DNA of 63,035 nucleotides, the filler included, from Asterionella formosa (taxonomy: Eukaryota), in assembly GCA_002256025.1 (NCBI GenBank). It is 28 parts of 28 records of this genome, joined end to end, with 100 filler letters (N's around TTAATTAATTAA, not from the genome) between each part and the next. Parts side by side here need not be neighbours in the genome. Positions count along the whole stretch, not along the records: positions 24,778 to 41,445 come from NKIB01004775.1; positions 41,546 to 42,582 come from NKIB01004776.1; positions 42,683 to 43,719 come from NKIB01004777.1; positions 43,820 to 44,856 come from NKIB01004778.1; positions 44,957 to 45,993 come from NKIB01004779.1; positions 46,094 to 47,130 come from NKIB01004780.1; positions 47,231 to 48,267 come from NKIB01004781.1; positions 48,368 to 49,404 come from NKIB01004782.1; 20 more parts are not named here. One strand, given 5' to 3'. A model generated the notes under the pieces. That model was not told the origin of the DNA, ran no database searches, and was given only the letters and a program-made list of their open reading frames with translations. The first letter of the stretch is position 1. Each line of letters starts with the position of its first letter. Of this stretch, positions 38,379 to 50,758 are shown one piece after another. Both the position numbers and the translations under genes were made by a program.

Positions 38379-39293
38379 ATGACATCTCCTACATCCACCA
38401 CACAGCCAGAACTCGATTTGAATGCACCCATTTACGATAAAGCGTTCGCCGAAAGAGCCTTTTGGAAAGTTTTCAATGAAAAGTCTACCAAACTCTTTTC
38501 TGACTGGCCCGCCGTGTGGAGAACTAGTGATGACTACAAGGAGGAACAAGCCGCGATAAAGCGCGTCGCAAAGCCTTTTTTTTTTGGTGGCATCACATCC
38601 ATCGTTATCTTTGCCAACTTTCGGCTCATGGCGAATCCGTCCTTTCAAAGAATGTTGGGACGCCGTCATGTCCGTACTTTACCCAAGAACAAGGCCAAGA
38701 CCAAGCCTTCTGAACAGCACCAGAGTCGTGAAAGAAATGTTCGAGAACAAAGAGAAGAGTTCAAGTCGTCGCTGACTCTGGAAAGAGACAAAAAAAAGGA
38801 GTTGGTTCGGAAGGAAATCGATCTCTTGTCCGGTTTACCCCTTGACTTTTTCTTGAGCACGATTGTCGGGATGTCTGTCACTTCCTTTTTATTTACTGGC
38901 CGAGCAAACATGGACCGAAACCGTGATGCCTTCGAGACAGCGCCGCTACTGCCGGGAAAGTCTTTGGTAGCTCAGTACATGTGCAATGACATGCTGAATG
39001 TGCACAATCGAGTGACAACGCCATTGTGGAAAGAGGCGGAGAACGATGTCATCCTATGTAGTTTTCGCAAGTTTGTGAGGAATTGCCAATTGCGCGACAA
39101 GGAAGAGCAGCGGATACGGAAGGAGCTACATTTGAACGCGAATGACGAAGTTATGATTCCCCTACCCGGCATTGCCAACCCTGAGCCACGCGAAATCGAC
39201 AAAAAAGGAAATCGTTTTGATTTACCAACAGACCCTTTCCATTTCTTCAATAGTGATTACAAGCGTGCTGCTCGTGCCAAGAAAGACGAATAA
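38379..39293 (+). CDS. Unknown protein (304 aa) with two hydrophobic segments
   Basis: Long uninterrupted ORF, caATG context, coding-like GC; hydrophobic FFFGGITSIVIFANF and LPLDFFLSTIVGMSVTSFLF segments. Confidence 0.8.
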   Translation: MTSPTSTTQPELDLNAPIYDKAFAERAFWKVFNEKSTKLFSDWPAVWRTSDDYKEEQAAIKRVAKPFFFGGITSIVIFANFRLMANPSFQRMLGRRHVRTLPKNKAKTKPSEQHQSRERNVREQREEFKSSLTLERDKKKELVRKEIDLLSGLPLDFFLSTIVGMSVTSFLFTGRANMDRNRDAFETAPLLPGKSLVAQYMCNDMLNVHNRVTTPLWKEAENDVILCSFRKFVRNCQLRDKEEQRIRKELHLNANDEVMIPLPGIANPEPREIDKKGNRFDLPTDPFHFFNSDYKRAARAKKDE

Positions 39294-39619
39294 GTAAATT
39301 CGTTCATGATATAGACCTATTGCCTAGCATTCATATCAATATCTAGATGCGGCTTGAGCATGTATTTGTGTTTAAAAGACATTTAACTGTGGAATGGTGG
39401 AAGGATGCTATCTGTTCTTGAGTTTGCTCCTACCTATCTAGGTTAAAGTTATAGTAGCTACCTGTGGTACTCCCTTACTGATGGCCCAGTGTCAGATAAT
39501 TCATTGCTCACACCTCGTTGTTGCTCCTCTCTTACCCTGTTTACTGATTGATAAATCAGTTGTTAGGTACCAGGTAGCCAGTGGAGAGGGGCAGTGATCT
39601 GCCATTACTTGAAATAGAC

Positions 39620-40275
39620 TACTCCCTCTCTTCATGCTTAGTTGCAACCAAATAAATCATTTTCTGTTACATACTACATCAATGCTGTTTTTAAACCAAA
39701 CAAAGTATCTCGTGAGGTTATAGTACCTTATTGGACACATCACTGATTGCTGCCATGATACCACCTTTATCCAAGGCACTGTCATCCTCCTCATCCCTGC
39801 CTTTGTCAATATATTCAGCAACCAAATTTGCAATTAAAGATTCAGCACATGGGATTGCATATTCGCCAATACAATCTTGTACACAATGAACATCAACTTC
39901 TCCAAGCCTCTCCATCAGCTCCTCCACTTCATTTTCAGTTTCCTCTGTTACTGATACAAATTCTTCATCACATACTCAATCAAACCAACATGCTTAAAAG
40001 CATTTTTGAATTTTTTCAGTCGTAAAAACACTTCCCCACATCAATAACCTGCAATTTCTTAGCCAGATCTGCTGCATGTTTTCCCATTTCAATAAATTGT
40101 ATTGAACTGCAAAACTTGTGTGTATGGGAAAGAGCTTTCACACTTCTAATGATTCCAGCATCCAACAGTAGCAACAAACGTGTCAAGTTTGGAGGGAAGA
40201 ATTGAAACGTTACATGTGTTAGCCTTGAGCTTGTTTCCTCATCAACAATGTGGACAGGGCGTTATCTAAGAATAA
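39620..40275 (-). mobile_element. Degenerate pogo/Tigger (DDE_1) transposon 3' part with terminal repeat
   Basis: LDNA..THVTFQFLPPNLT....DAGIIRSVK; terminus TA-CTCCCTCT..AGTTGCAACC at 39620-39649. Confidence 0.75.
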
Positions 40276-40931
40276 ATGAATCTTCCTATTCTGAGAAGCC
40301 ATGTATGCATTCAAATCCAGTACATACTTATTGAAGATAGGATTTGTCATCTACATCTAGATGCATGCTTTGCAACTTGATGACCTATGGTACAGTATGT
40401 ACCACGCTAGAGATACTACCGGCATATCATTAGATGGTATAAGTCCTATATAACGTTAACCTTATAGGCTCTTCTATACAGACCATATACTTGTTTACTC
40501 TCACTGTAGAGATTTACACAATTCACACTGTCTATGTATACCACGTCAACCATAAGCGAAAGGTATACCCTTTTACATTACGCAAACGACTACCATGGAA
40601 CCATACATAGTACACATACATGTACATGAGAGTGATCGTGATTAGTACGTGATGCTATACACACGGTTACTAGTATGTAACTCGTAGTACATATAGCGTT
40701 ATGTACCCGCAGCTATATGTTACGTGATAACTATTGGTACAGATGTATCTCTAGAATAGACGTACGAATGCTAGGCTAAAACATGACACCTAGCATGGAC
40801 TCTTCACACCTAGTACATACCCTTCTCATCAAGACCCTTGTGAGTCCCCTTGGACTAGGAGCTAATATAGATACACTAATCAATAAGCTCATAATTACCC
40901 AGAACCTGCCTGTTAAATCCTGACAACCGTA

Positions 40932-41445
40932 CATCTAAGCCGCGTATTACGTGAAGTGACCATCACATAAATAAGCCTAGTTGATTTTGAATGCATCACA
41001 TGAATTACTTGAATACATCAAAATACGTAGTTGAATATATCTATATATTATCTGAATGCATCACGTTAAATATTTGATCAAGGTATCATGCATGCATTCC
41101 TGATCATCACTATATTATGTGATCACCTTCACATAATTATTTGAAATACTTCACATAATTATTTGAAATACTTCACATAATTATTTGAAAATACTTCACA
41201 TAATTATTTGAAATACTTCACGTAATTCTGTAATTTCGTTCACATAATTCTAGAATAAAGTTCACTTAATATGTAACATTTGTTTACGTCATTTTCTGGA
41301 GTTCATTCAACTAAATTAAAGAGTTTCATTAATGAAATAAAGCCTGCTCATTCGGAACGGCATGCAAATGCTCCTGCACTGAAAAGGTTTGCTGCAATGT
41401 CAATTGAATGTAGAGGAAGATCAGTGTGAGTTATCAGTAGCGTTG
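40932..41445 (+). mobile_element. Family C end with subterminal ~22-bp repeats
   Basis: Starts CATCTAAGCCGCG; ttcacataattatttgaaatac about x4 at ~41128-41225. Its distal sequence matches ~54530-54572. Confidence 0.7.
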
Positions 41446-41545
41446 NNNNNNNNNNNNNNNNNNNNNNNNNNNNNNNNNNNNNNNNNNNNTTAATTAATTA
41501 ANNNNNNNNNNNNNNNNNNNNNNNNNNNNNNNNNNNNNNNNNNNN

Positions 41546-42582
41546 AAGTAAGTACTGGAAAATTGACAAGATATCCATTGAGTAACGCTTGTTCCAAGGT
41601 TAAAAGAGCAGGAGAAAAAAGATCTGCATGGGCAAAAGAGACAAGAGCAGATGCGGGGGGACTACCAATGGCGGTAGCAGCATAGTGTGGTGGGGCAGGC
41701 AGTGGAAGGTTGACATTGGTAGTGGTAACATGCCATAATCGGGTGGCAGCTGAGCGGTTGCCCTGAAGGATGCACAGGCCATCAGAAAAAACAGACATAT
41801 ATCTATTGATGAAGAGGACTTCATAGCCAGAGTCACACAGCTGCCCAATACTTAGTAAAGAACAATTGTGAAGACCGGGGACAATGTGAACATGCCTGGC
41901 AGCAGGGAAAAGCATGGGTAAATTAAACTTGGACTCATGAGTAGAAGTAACATGGTGACCATTAGGAAGTTTCATGGTGATAGGCGTAGTGGTGGTTTGT
42001 GAATTGATGACAGGGAGATCAATGGTGGCGTATTTGCCAGAACTACCAGAATCAGCAATTAGCATGATGGGGGAACAAGTAAGCAAAGTAGATAAGCTTG
42101 TGTTATTAGTATTAACAATGTCAACTTGCTCCCCTCGATATCAGCCAAGCAGGTAGCGGAGGCAGCGGGGGGACATGGGGTGTGCAATTGGTATGGGTAC
42201 CATCGCCGAAGATATGGACGCTGCCACCTATGCGTCGATCAAGTGTGGCATTAAGCTGATGACCAGAAGAGGGATGGTTACAGGTGGCACTGGTGTGGTC
42301 GGGGTGCTTGGTGAGACCATGAGTCCAACAATATCCTAATTGTACATTGTTGTACATGTATCCAGTTGGGACAGCTCGGGCAGCTGTGGCAATGCCGGGC
42401 AGAGGGGTAGTATCACTGGTCGTGACAGCTCGAGTGGCAGCTGCAAAGCCTGGCAGGGGGTATGACCACCAGTCTGAATAGCAGCATGAGCACCATGATA
42501 TCCCACAGTGGTTGCAATTAACATGCGTAAGCATTCCTTATCCCCGTGGATGAAATTTGAGCAAAAATTCGCCCATGTATGA
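41546..42582 (-). mobile_element. Copia gag zinc knuckle and protease fragment
   Basis: GYCWTHG..HTSATC..GH; IADSGSSG..LPNG..HIVPGL..SLLSIGQLCDSG..HA.LFSP. Confidence 0.88.
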
Positions 42583-42682
42583 NNNNNNNNNNNNNNNNNN
42601 NNNNNNNNNNNNNNNNNNNNNNNNNNTTAATTAATTAANNNNNNNNNNNNNNNNNNNNNNNNNNNNNNNNNNNNNNNNNNNN

Positions 42683-43330
42683 TGAATTTGTTCCCCCTAC
42701 TCTTGAATTGAAAATCCTTTTCAGGCACGAATAACAATCTAGTGATTTTTCCGTATTTAATATTGATTGGAGCCTTTTTCTTTCCTTCCTTGCCTCTTTC
42801 AACAAGTATCCCTCAAATTTGAGTAATTCTTTCTCCAAATTGTTCCTTCTCGTCTGAACTGATTGTCTTCAAATATTTTGTAGAGTGGTTTCACGGCTCC
42901 TGCTTTTTCTTTGAGTCGTTCTATATTGTATTTTAGACACAAATGTCTCCACACTTGATTCCTGCCATTTCCCTACGTTCCTCCATAGCAGCATCTGTCT
43001 CTATGTTGTGTTGTTTCATTTTGACTTGTTGTTTCCAATATTGATGTTTGTAGGCAGCCTGTCTGAGTTGTTTTTACCATGCATGCTTGCCAGATGGTTT
43101 TTTCACCATTATTTTTAGCTAAGTCAATAGCTCTGCCTTTGTTTTGGTCCAATTGCTCCCATTTTGCTTGAATAGTTTCTTTATTAGCTCTGCTCTTTGT
43201 CAAATCTTGAATTATTTCATATATTTTATGACTTTGCCAAGACTTCTTTATCTTGCTTTCCTCCTTTTTAGTTCACATGAAATTTCTGTTCTTTGCATTG
43301 ACAATATCTGTAGTGAAAGAGGGAATGGTC
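42683..43330 (-). mobile_element. Degenerate non-LTR retrotransposon ORF2 linker region
   Basis: HAWSKQLRQAAYKHQYWK resembles the WS..L..A.....YW motif between endonuclease and RT; many stops. Confidence 0.45.
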
Positions 43331-43819
43331 GCAACCAATTCCAAAGAAAAAGGATGAACAATGAGATTTGACCAAGTTTTAATTGATTTCCTGAATAGAT
43401 GGGATCCCATGTGCTAGCAGTTGCAAAAGATTTCATTGGATTTCACTATTTGGTGGTGTACTATGGCAAAGAATTCCATAACAGTTCCAATGCACTCCTC
43501 AGGAAGATGGAAGAGGAGCATGTACTTGCTAATGAGAAATGTTGTAAGCAGAAACCAGAGTAATGTCCTGAAAAAGTAAGAAGAGATCCATCCAGGTCAA
43601 TACTGTCAAAAGAAACCATTAGACAAGGGAGGTGAACATCGCTCAACATCAATCAAAGTAGGATGTTCGATCCAAAGAGCTGAGCAATCTTCTATGTGAG
43701 GTACAACTGCCATTCTATGNNNNNNNNNNNNNNNNNNNNNNNNNNNNNNNNNNNNNNNNNNNNTTAATTAATTAANNNNNNNNNNNNNNNNNNNNNNNNN
43801 NNNNNNNNNNNNNNNNNNN

Positions 43820-44579
43820 TATGTTATTTATGCACCGGAACAAGGATGGACAAATTGATGGTCTACTTGTTAATTACGTGGATGACGGTATTGTATGTGG
43901 GACTCCAAGTGCAGTGGAGTATATGAAAAATGTTATCAAGGAAGATAATTTTGCGGACATTATGACCAAGAACGTGAAGGAACAGATTCATAAGAGATTG
44001 TCCGAATCAGTTCAGAGTGGAACGATGTTACAGCCTCTTGAGCGTGGCAATGGGGAGGATGTCAAGAATATTAGCCCGAGTCACAAGGATTGTGGACTCG
44101 ATTGTAATCGAACGAGTCGAATATTGCATTGCCACGTCAATCAGCTGTCTAACGAGATCAGAGATTGAAGATTTCTATGGAAATGTTAAGTGGAAACTCG
44201 AAGAGAGTCTTAGAACGACTTTGCAGGAAGCAAAGATGCATGGAAAGGAAACATTTAGTTTAGCTTATAATTTAATTTGAGATTTAGATTATCAACCGAG
44301 GAAACAGTGTGTTAATTGACAGGAAGGTCAATTAGTCTATCTAGCAGGAAGGCTAGAAGCAGAGACAAGAGAGAAAGTAAGTGGTACTAGGTAGTACTAC
44401 GATCACGTAAGAGTCTACGTGAAGAGAGACCCAACCCGCGGGAAGGAGTACGGACCATTTCAACACAGTAGCTAGCTGTGCGTATTAGTTGTCATGCTAC
44501 GTTATCAAAATAGAGAAGAACACATTTCTTTCCTGATGTGAAGACAGAAAACGAAAACCTTATTGATGCCTTCACGACA
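43820..44579 (+). mobile_element. Copia 3' end: RT fused to the RNase H tail by internal deletion, PPT and 3' LTR (44060-44579)
   Basis: VNYVDDGIVCG joined directly to DNFADIMTKN; GGGGAGGA PPT then TGTCAAGAA...TTCACGACA. Confidence 0.8.
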
Positions 44580-45354
44580 GTAAGCAGGCGGGTGGCGATT
44601 CCATCATCATCAACAATAGTACAATAATAGAGGCCATTCATCGAGATAGTAGAAGGTCCTGACAACTACTGTCTTGCCTGAAACAATGGTGTCGGAAGGA
44701 TTAGATTGTGTTGATGGGAATATCGGTAGGCGACTAATTTGTATCTTGAGCTACAATGGATCTGGGATTGACATCATTATTAATTATCTCCTGTTCATCA
44801 TCAATCTACTTTGGTGCCTGGCGGCATGTCGATTTCATGCAGAGCAAGAATCAGAGNNNNNNNNNNNNNNNNNNNNNNNNNNNNNNNNNNNNNNNNNNNN
44901 TTAATTAATTAANNNNNNNNNNNNNNNNNNNNNNNNNNNNNNNNNNNNNNNNNNNNATGGACAAATAAGATTGATTTATGATGATGCAGTGGTTGAATTT
45001 CCCAAGAGGTTACAACAATATACGACTAATCTGAGTTGAAAATTCAACCAAAAGAAGAGGAAAAATTCAACCGCCAATGCAACTGGGTTGAAATTCTTGG
45101 AGGTCAGTACCTAATTTTACCACGGTAAAATGTTGTCAATACTGTCAAGGTACCATCATGTCCCGAGTAGGACAATACCAGGGGTCTACAGAAAAATACA
45201 ACTTGGGTTGAATTTTACCAATAACAGTACTGTATAGCTATTGTTGGTTATAGATATGATATACTGGTACTGGCATATGATGTGTCCTATATGTAGTGAT
45301 TCTGCGACGATATTAATTGGGTTTCTAGTGACTACATTCAAAGTAGTCAATATG

Positions 45355-45550
45355 GAATCCTACGTTTAGGTAACTTTGGAAAAAAACCTAAACGTAATGC
45401 GTTTGGGTAACTTATTGGGATATGGGCACGGAATCCCCTAAACGTAATGCGTTTGCGTTGGGTTTTTCACTCCCGTTAGCATCGTTTTTTAGGGTTACCA
45501 AAACCAAAACACTGTTTGGTTTGCATTTTGGTCCACCGTTAGCAACGGCC
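45355..45550. mobile_element. Possible PIF/Harbinger-like element end
   Basis: Ends GTTAGCAACGGCC|TTA; internal repeated cctaaacgtaatgcgtttg. The opposite end was not found. Confidence 0.3.
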
Positions 45551-46093
45551 TTAGTACCTGCAAATTATACCCACCAAAAGCAAAATGTTCAAATCTCAGG
45601 ACGGCGGTGACCTTCAATGAGAATATCGACACAACGACCACAAGCTGCTGGCACCTTCGGTTAACAACAAGAACTGGAAGTGTCTTTCTCCAGAAGCATT
45701 GAAAAAGTTTAGTCGAACTAGTCCAACAAATAGGAGAACTCCCTGGGTCGCAGCAGTTTTTAACTGGTACCTACCCTGGTTCCCTACCGTAGAACCTGGT
45801 GCCATGTACTAGTAAACTAACGTAATTGTTTATACATAAGTGTCAATAATTTATATATTCATATATCGGTACTCAATATTTGTATTGTTTCCTTCCCCTT
45901 GCTTTTTTACCTATGTAACATTTTTACTGTCACATTTTGCTTACCAGTAAAACAAGTCAGCGTGCTTGTGAGTGCATGTAGGTCGTAATCATANNNNNNN
46001 NNNNNNNNNNNNNNNNNNNNNNNNNNNNNNNNNNNNNTTAATTAATTAANNNNNNNNNNNNNNNNNNNNNNNNNNNNNNNNNNNNNNNNNNNN

Positions 46094-47085
46094 TTTAGTT
46101 AACAATTTGTTGTTGTGCTGCCTGTCTCCCAACGATTGTCATCCAAGTAGCTACCACATTGATGGCTTCATTACCTTAAACATTCTCCATCCTTCGAAGG
46201 CGCAATGTGTCGAAGTCACAATGTTTTTCGTTATGTATTGCAAAAAATTTCTTTTCTTGTCATGTGCTTTACTAGTACGACGTATCTTTTCATGAAGCAG
46301 CAGGCATTGTTTGTTAACATGACAGAACGATTTGAAAAATATACTGGCCATGAAGATACTAATAAAATTTGTAAATATATATATATATATATATATATAT
46401 AGCATTGGACATTTTATAAAATTCAAAGGCGCTCTCGATATGGAACATCTGATATGGTTGAGATGGCCATACTCGCATATACATAATTCGAAAATACTCA
46501 ATGCACTATATGTCCATTGTTTTCCACGACTACGTGTACCGGTATTATCTCTGAAATTTGTTTGCATCGATATTTTCTACGTCCGTTGAAACTAATTATT
46601 TAGACCGTTCAAATGCCCCTTTTTTGGGCGGGAGCTCTTCATGTGTACCGGTACATCATATGACAATAACAATGTATCATTTATACATACAGGGTACCAG
46701 TAGCAGGTAGTAAGTGATGTACTGGGGGTAGTCGGAGTAGTACCGGTAAACTAGCAACAGAACACCATATGTTCAGGACTGTTGCTACTGCAGTGGGACA
46801 GTAAATCATCATAGTTTTAGGATTTTATGATCGTAAAATTATGATCCAAAAGAACACCATATGTTCATGACTGTTGCTACTGCAGTGGGACAGTAAATCA
46901 TCATAATTTTAGGATCATATCATCGTAAAACTAAAAACCAATGGAATACCATATATTCAGGACTGTTGCTACTAGCTACCGTGGGACAATAAATCATCAT
47001 AGTTCTAGGATTGTATGATCGTAAAACTAAAAACCAATAGTCGGAGTAATAAGCGAGCAACAGAACACCATATGTTCTGGCATAC
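46094..47085 (+). mobile_element. Family A left-internal region with ~90-bp tandem repeats
   Basis: Matches ~29460-29635, then about 740 bp absent from the long copy, then rejoins ~29636. 46570-47085 is mirrored by 61215-61899. Confidence 0.85.
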
Positions 47086-47230
47086 CTACCCGGTAGTTAT
47101 CATAATATTGCTTTTATGAATTTAACTGGCNNNNNNNNNNNNNNNNNNNNNNNNNNNNNNNNNNNNNNNNNNNNTTAATTAATTAANNNNNNNNNNNNNN
47201 NNNNNNNNNNNNNNNNNNNNNNNNNNNNNN

Positions 47231-48142
47231 ACGGCAACATGCATTGAATATTTAAAATATGCAACAGCTGTTTCTTAACGAATTTGCGAATTCAATGGTT
47301 GTCAGCTACTCATCCTTTCCATCTTCTTCTATATTGTACTTGTTAGAGTTATCGCTGTAGACTATTTGTAGCTGCTCCGAAACGGAGAAGGCCATTGTGG
47401 CACATCTCAATTTCGAATCACTACGGCGACATGCAAGGTTAAAATATGCAACAGCTGTTTCTTAACGATTTTACGAATTCAATGGTTGTCAGCTACTCAT
47501 CCTTTCCATCTTCTTCTATATTGTACTTGTTAGAGTTATCGCTGTAGACTATTTGTAGCTGCTCCGAAACGGAGAAGGCCATTGTGGCACATCTCAATTT
47601 CGATTCACTACGGAGACATGCAATGCTCAATGATGCTCAACGAGTACCAACGGTGCTTCATTTCCAATCTGCAGGCTATTGTAATCTCTACAATCAACAA
47701 TGACTTAATAATGTGTCTACAACATCAACTACTACTACGTGTCCTGAATTCTACTGTGTGAATCTTCCTCTTGCATGTGTTATTCTTTGCCAGTTCAGAT
47801 CAAAGAAATATGTCGGAGCGGAAAAAATAATAAGTGAATCGGAATTGGCGAGCAGCATAATATTGCGGCAGAGCAGAATAATTTCGCTTTTAAACTGTTG
47901 CGATGGCTAGTTGGTCAACATATATTGTCACGAACACACATAATTATTGGCGTGATCACATAATTATTCGATAAGTGAAAAAAAATTTTGTTTAACCCGA
48001 ATAAATTAGGGAAAAAGTAGCATAATATTTCAAAAAAGTAACATAATATTTTAGAAAAGTAACATAATATTTTAAAAAATTAGCATAAATACGTCACTTT
48101 AGACATAAATTCGAAAAAGTGCCGTAAACGGCGTCTTAGATG
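47231..48142 (+). mobile_element. Family B right end (second copy)
   Basis: Co-linear with ~12410-13333; ends GCCGTAAACGGCGTCTTAGATG|taggg. Confidence 0.92.
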
Positions 48143-48367
48143 TAGGGTGTAGGTGAAAAAATCCGGGCTGTGACATGTAAATGATGAGTAGCATTGATCC
48201 ATTGTGAATCAACGGAATACCATCTTATTCGGTACTATCTTCAAATGAGTTGAGTGGTTCTTAGGTANNNNNNNNNNNNNNNNNNNNNNNNNNNNNNNNN
48301 NNNNNNNNNNNTTAATTAATTAANNNNNNNNNNNNNNNNNNNNNNNNNNNNNNNNNNNNNNNNNNNN

Positions 48368-49404
48368 GATTCGTTGGATTCCATATATTTTATCACCCTC
48401 CCTGATCTCGAAACCAACAATCCATGGTCCCATTCATAATGTGGGTTGCATGAGTGTCATGAATTTTCTGAGTGACATTCTTTGAAAGTAGGTCTGCAGG
48501 ATTCTTTAAAGTATTCACATAGTCAACTCTAATATCCCCAGCCTTCACCTTCTCTCGAATGAAATGATATCTCACATCAATGTGCTTAGTTCGTGAACCA
48601 ACTTGCTGATTCTTTGATAGAAAAATTGCACCTGTATTGTCTTCTGCAATGATACTGGGCATTTCCACGTTTTCAACTTCATTGAGTAGATTCATTATAA
48701 AAGTAGTTTCCTTTGATCCAGTTTCCTTTGATCCATCTGATAGAGCCACATACTCTGCTTCAGTGCTGGAAGCATTAACAATCTTCTGTCCTTTCGAAAT
48801 CCAATTCACTAGTGATGCACCACCAATCGTGCCCAAATATGCACTTGTCGATTTCCTTGTATCTGGAGTGTCCCCAAATGAGCTGTCTACCACGTCTTGA
48901 ACTCGTAATTCATGTGGCGGTCTCATTTTTAATTTTCTGTTCCTTTCATCAGTTGCAATGAAACCTAACAAACGTTCAACAGCACTCCAATGGGCATCAC
49001 CTGGATTCTCTAAATGTTGAGAAAGTTCACGACATGCATTCACGCATATTGGTCCAACTTTCTTCACAAAATACAACAATTTTCCAACCATTGAACGATA
49101 TTCTTTATGGAGAATCACTTTGTCTGGATTCATTCTGAGAACAATTCCTGGAAATGCTGGGGTTGATGCATCTCTTGGATACTTTCCAAAAATATCATGA
49201 TAATCTTGTAGCATAACATGCACAAAATCCTCCATGCTCGACTCCAAGTAGCGTCCCACTTTATCTAGGCCCCAATCGTACCACACTCCCAAATGCTTCT
49301 TCAAAGGGCCAAGCTCCTTAATTGTGAAGTGTTTCTTGATTTCATTTTTGAACCATTTAATATCATTTGGCTTTCCAGCAATTGCACAATCATCGACATG
49401 TGTG
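48368..49404 (-). mobile_element. Copia RT/RNase H C-terminus with PPT and LTR start
   Basis: HVDDC..YRSMVGKLLY..DSSFGD..RKSTS..SSTEAEYVAL..EDNTGAI..RTKHIDVRYHFIRE..NPADLLSK; GGGAGGG then TG. In-frame GSKET duplication. Confidence 0.93.
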
Positions 49405-49504
49405 NNNNNNNNNNNNNNNNNNNNNNNNNNNNNNNNNNNNNNNNNNNNTTAATTAATTAANNNNNNNNNNNNNNNNNNNNNNNNNNNNNNNNNNNNNNNN
49501 NNNN

Positions 49505-50350
49505 GGTGGCGTGGATGCTGGGCCAGCCCGTCGATGCTGCATAGGCACCTTCGCCGAGTCGAACCCGGTGGTGCCCGCCCTTGCGATCGGGCAAGGCGGT
49601 CAGGAACGGCTTCTGATGATGGCGTTCGAAACCCGAGATGGCCCGCGTCGTGCCGATGCCGCACGGCCCGTACCACATCATCTGCGGGTGCCAGAAGCGG
49701 GTCATGCCCATGCTCTTCAGGTCACTGCGGTCATAGCGTCCCAGGCCGCCTATCATCTCCAGCACGAGGTTGAGGCACGCTCGGCCCTGCTCGGGATCGG
49801 ATGCACCTAGCAAGAGTCCATCCTGCGTGCGAGGCCCTGGTACCAGCACGTCGAGCCCCGGGCTGGGTGGCAGCAGAGGCCGTCCAGCCTGACGCGCCAG
49901 ATCCAGAACGTCAAGCAGGATGCGGGCCTCGGCAATCCGCCCATCGACGACGCGATAGAACTCGCCGAACCGCAGCCAGGCGGGTTCGCCTGTGGCGGGG
50001 ATGCCGAACAAGGCCTGCGTGAACGTTCCCAGGTAGTGACCGATACAGGTCACCCACAGGCCCTCGCCCCCGCAGATGTGGCCATCCCAGCGCCCTCCGA
50101 AGAACAGATCGGTGCGTCGCTCAATGTCGGGGAATGCGGAGAACAGCGGAGCATGGAAGCCGGCAGCGACGGCTTCCGGCCCGGCCAGCTCGTTGACGGG
50201 ATGCGAGATTACCCACTGCGAGTCCGGCGTGAGGAGCTCTCGCGCGGCGGCCTCGAATCCAGGGCCCGGCAATCGCTGCAACGCAGCCCACACCGCGTGC
50301 TTGGCATCGGAAAGCTCTTCGTCGGGGCAGGCGCTGTTGTTGGTTGGCAT
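49505..50350 (-). CDS. Bacterial-type tandem SnoaL-like/NTF2-fold ester (polyketide) cyclase, 3' truncated
   Basis: HPVNELAG..PLFSAFPDIERR..GHYLGTF..GIPATG..LRFGEFYRV..MWYGPCGIGTTR..FE.HHQ.PF. Intronless, on a contig far more GC-rich than the rest. Confidence 0.8.
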
Positions 50351-50370
50351 GATCAAGTTGATACTCTGTG

Positions 50371-50388
50371 GTGCATAGGTATGCAGTC
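50371..50388. promoter_or_regulatory. Palindromic operator TGCATAggTATGCA (GntR-like), copy 1
   Basis: Identical 18-mer gtgcataggtatgcagtc at 50371 and 50484, upstream of the cyclase start. Confidence 0.6.
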
Positions 50389-50483
50389 GCGGTGAATAGT
50401 ACGCAACGACGATGGCGGCTTCAACCGCAAAAGAGCTAAATACGGGAAGACACTGATGCCGTTTGCCGAGTCGGTTGCCTAGA

Positions 50484-50501
50484 GTGCATAGGTATGCAGT
50501 C
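50484..50501. promoter_or_regulatory. Palindromic operator TGCATAggTATGCA (GntR-like), copy 2
   Basis: Same 18-mer, 113 bp from copy 1. Confidence 0.6.
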
Positions 50502-50640
50502 CTGCTTGCCGATCTGGCCAGCAGGAAGTTCCGACAGGGGNNNNNNNNNNNNNNNNNNNNNNNNNNNNNNNNNNNNNNNNNNNNTTAATTAATTAANNNN
50601 NNNNNNNNNNNNNNNNNNNNNNNNNNNNNNNNNNNNNNNN

Positions 50641-50758
50641 CGCTCTGGTCGGCTTCACTCGCTTTCAATACTCCTTCTCGACGTACATATCTTCCTTGTC
50701 CACAAACGATGAACACCAACAAGGCCAATACAATAACGGAGAATGATTTTTCAAGCAT
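50641..50758 (-). CDS. 5' end of a putative secreted protein (truncated by contig edge)
   Basis: MLEKSFSVIVLALLVFIVCGQGRYVRRE..., signal-peptide-like. Confidence 0.4.

Noticed and set aside
40332..40925. Solo LTR (TG...AAATCCTGACA)
   Set aside because: The 3' end looks LTR-like, but the 5' boundary and a matching TSD could not be established.
46374..46401. (AT)n tract
   Set aside because: Ordinary microsatellite inside a TE copy.
49505..50540. Horizontal gene transfer into the diatom
   Set aside because: The whole contig is bacterial-like with no eukaryotic flank; co-binned DNA is the simpler explanation.
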